Program-made: the position numbers and the translations under genes
The notes under the pieces: generated by a model
Told to the model about the DNA's origin: nothing
Database searches by the model: none
Seen by the model: the letters and a program-made list of their open reading frames with translations, nothing else
NCBI GenBank assembly: GCA_040768745.1
Contig: JAXGMI010000001.1
Span: 832,001-896,000 of the forward strand
DNA: 64,000 nt
DNA from: Desulfomicrobium sp.
GTDB taxonomy: Bacteria > Desulfobacterota > Desulfovibrionia > Desulfovibrionales > Desulfomicrobiaceae
Reading direction: 5' to 3'
Shown here: positions 62,495 to 64,000 of the stretch, in pieces
Position numbering within the stretch: the first letter of the stretch is position 1
How the letters are laid out: the number at the start of each line of letters is the position of its first letter

Positions 62495-63547
62495 TCAGCC
62501 GCCGTTCCCGAGGGCGAATCGCTTCAGACATGCCCGGCATGCCGGATCGGGTTCCGCTGTGCCCAGGGCGGCGCGGAAGGTTGCAAAGGGGGCGGACTGC
62601 CACACGGCCAGCGGTTCGTCCGTCAGGCACGAGCCGAAGACCCTCCGGCGCGGGTCGTCCAGGGTGGTGGGCAGGTTGAGGTGGACGCAGGGGGCCATGC
62701 GGCCTTCCGCGTCGATGAACACGCTCCGGCCCGCCCCTTCGAAACAGCGCCCCGTGGGCTCGGGTTCCGGCAGGGAGTGGTGGAAATCGCGGCCCAGGCC
62801 CCGGGCCTGCGCCGCTGCGGCCTCGAGCTCCCGGCGCGCTTGGAGAACCTTTTCCCGTTCATCCGGGGCGAAGCACTCCTCCCGCCACCCCGGGACAAGG
62901 TTGGAGTCCAGGGTGCTGACCACCGTGGCGTGGGCTCCCAGTTCCTCCATCAGTCCGGGCAGGAGAGGGATGTCGCCCACGCGGCTGGCCAGGAGCAGGT
63001 AGGCGATGTGGATTTCCAGATGCACGCCGCACCGCTTCCGCCGCACCTCCTGCAGGAGCCGGATGGACGCCAGGACCTCCTCGAAGGGCGTCCCGGCGCG
63101 CAGGCTGTCGTTGGTGGCGGCGGTGGTCCCGGCCAGGGAGAAGGCCACGACGTCGAGCCCGCTCTCGACCAGCCCCTCGGCTAGGTCGCGGGTCATGTGC
63201 CGTCCCGAGGTGGTGGTGGACACGCTGCAGCCCGCCTGCCGCGCAACGGCGACCATGTCCAGGAAGTCCGGGTGCAGCAGCGGCTCCCCCCATCCCTGCA
63301 GATGGACCCGGCCCGACTCCCGGAACAGGGGCCAGAGCCGAGCGAAGGTTTCGGGCTGCATGAGCCGGGACTTCCAATGCGCCCCGCAGACGGTCCGCGG
63401 GCAGTAGCCGCAGCGGCCCGGACAGACCGAGCTCACCTCGACCTGCACCACGTCCAGGGCCCGCCGGCGGAGTCCGAACGCATCCCGCAGACTCTGCCAG
63501 AAGCCCACAGATCGGATCCGACCTGCTGTCAGGGAGGACCCTCTCAC
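62495..63547 (-). CDS. Radical SAM protein with SPASM/Twitch domain
   Basis: CPGRCGYC, QGWGEPLLHP, C-terminal RCF...FIDAEGRMAPC...CRAC; GTG 63547 after GAGGAG. Confidence 0.88.
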   Translation of the reverse strand: MRGSSLTAGRIRSVGFWQSLRDAFGLRRRALDVVQVEVSSVCPGRCGYCPRTVCGAHWKSRLMQPETFARLWPLFRESGRVHLQGWGEPLLHPDFLDMVAVARQAGCSVSTTTSGRHMTRDLAEGLVESGLDVVAFSLAGTTAATNDSLRAGTPFEEVLASIRLLQEVRRKRCGVHLEIHIAYLLLASRVGDIPLLPGLMEELGAHATVVSTLDSNLVPGWREECFAPDEREKVLQARRELEAAAAQARGLGRDFHHSLPEPEPTGRCFEGAGRSVFIDAEGRMAPCVHLNLPTTLDDPRRRVFGSCLTDEPLAVWQSAPFATFRAALGTAEPDPACRACLKRFALGNGG

Positions 63548-63636
63548 GCATCCCTCCTCACCGGCCACGGCCTCCGCCCTCCCGGATCATCGGAATTGCA
63601 CCGGCTTGCCGGGAAAAACCCGAGTGCAGGGGAAGC

Positions 63637-64000
63637 TCACTGCCCGGTCTTGGGCCGGGGTTTCCGGTTGCGGGCCGCGGGCCTGGGTGCGGATGGCCTT
63701 GGCTTGGCCGGGTCAGCCCCCCTGCCAGCCCCGGACGTTTTGCGTGCGGGCCGCGGCCCGGGGCCGGGGCCTGCTTCGCGTTTTTTTGAGGTTTCCTGAC
63801 CGGCCGTTGCCGCCGTGGCAGACCCCGCGGTCCGCTCCTTGCGGCGCGCCGCGCCCGGGCCCGCAGGACGAGGCCCCGGCCGCAGGGGCTGGGCCCCCTC
63901 CCCTTGGGCCGGGACAAGGGCCCCGCGCACCAGCCGGACCGCCTCCAGGTCGATGCCCAGGTCCTCGGCGTAGCGCCGGGCCAGCCTGGTTTCGCCCTCG
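63637..64000 (-). CDS. C-terminal part of a protein with a basic disordered tail, possibly a DEAD-box helicase (5' end beyond window)
   Basis: Frame open to the window edge: EGETRLARRYAEDLGIDLEAVRL then an R/K/P/G-rich tail; no helicase core motif is visible. Confidence 0.4.
   Translation of the reverse strand, partial: EGETRLARRYAEDLGIDLEAVRLVRGALVPAQGEGAQPLRPGPRPAGPGAARRKERTAGSATAATAGQETSKKREAGPGPGPRPARKTSGAGRGADPAKPRPSAPRPAARNRKPRPKTGQ

Noticed and set aside
63558..63917. 119-aa minus-strand ORF and other R/P/G-rich ORFs at the right end
   Set aside because: Alternative frames of a very GC-rich low-complexity tail; the frame open to the window edge with its stop at 63637 is the more plausible gene.

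Overview
Mostly core chromosome of a sulfate-reducing Desulfobacterota bacterium, very likely Desulfomicrobium (the tetraheme cytochrome c3 closely resembles my recollection of the D. norvegicum/baculatum 13-kDa c3). parAB plus several parS-like sites suggest an origin-proximal region. Contents in order: tRNA-Val-thrS-infC-rpmI-rplT-pheS; yjbQ, gpsA, ahbB-hemL-cytochrome c3; a large acidic/coiled-coil protein with PopZ-like motifs; a futalosine menaquinone cluster (menG, mqnB, mqnD, ispB) followed by an HDOD-PAS-GGDEF cyclase and purL; pyk, ubiD-like, an orphan Mrr nuclease, fxsA, serB, holB, purA; a split PurH, RNase II-like, plsY, hflX; sigma54-driven flgBC-fliEFGHI; a PilB/GspE ATPase, split rfaE, coaBC, an epimerase, parA-(inverted Zn-ribbon gene)-parB; sigma54-driven amtB-glnK-glnD; an apparent deletion scar; a MocR regulator with azlCD and an aminotransferase; a radical SAM/SPASM protein. 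Best leads: (1) a PopZ-like polar scaffold candidate outside Alphaproteobacteria; (2) parS sites, including a repeated variant; (3) a probable ATA start for hflX, alongside the expected ATT start of infC; (4) a possible attenuator before the menaquinone operon; (5) a deletion scar joining a sigma54-driven gene stub to a radical SAM stub. No CRISPR array, rRNA, transposase or phage genes were seen. All family calls come from motif recognition by eye, not from database searches.
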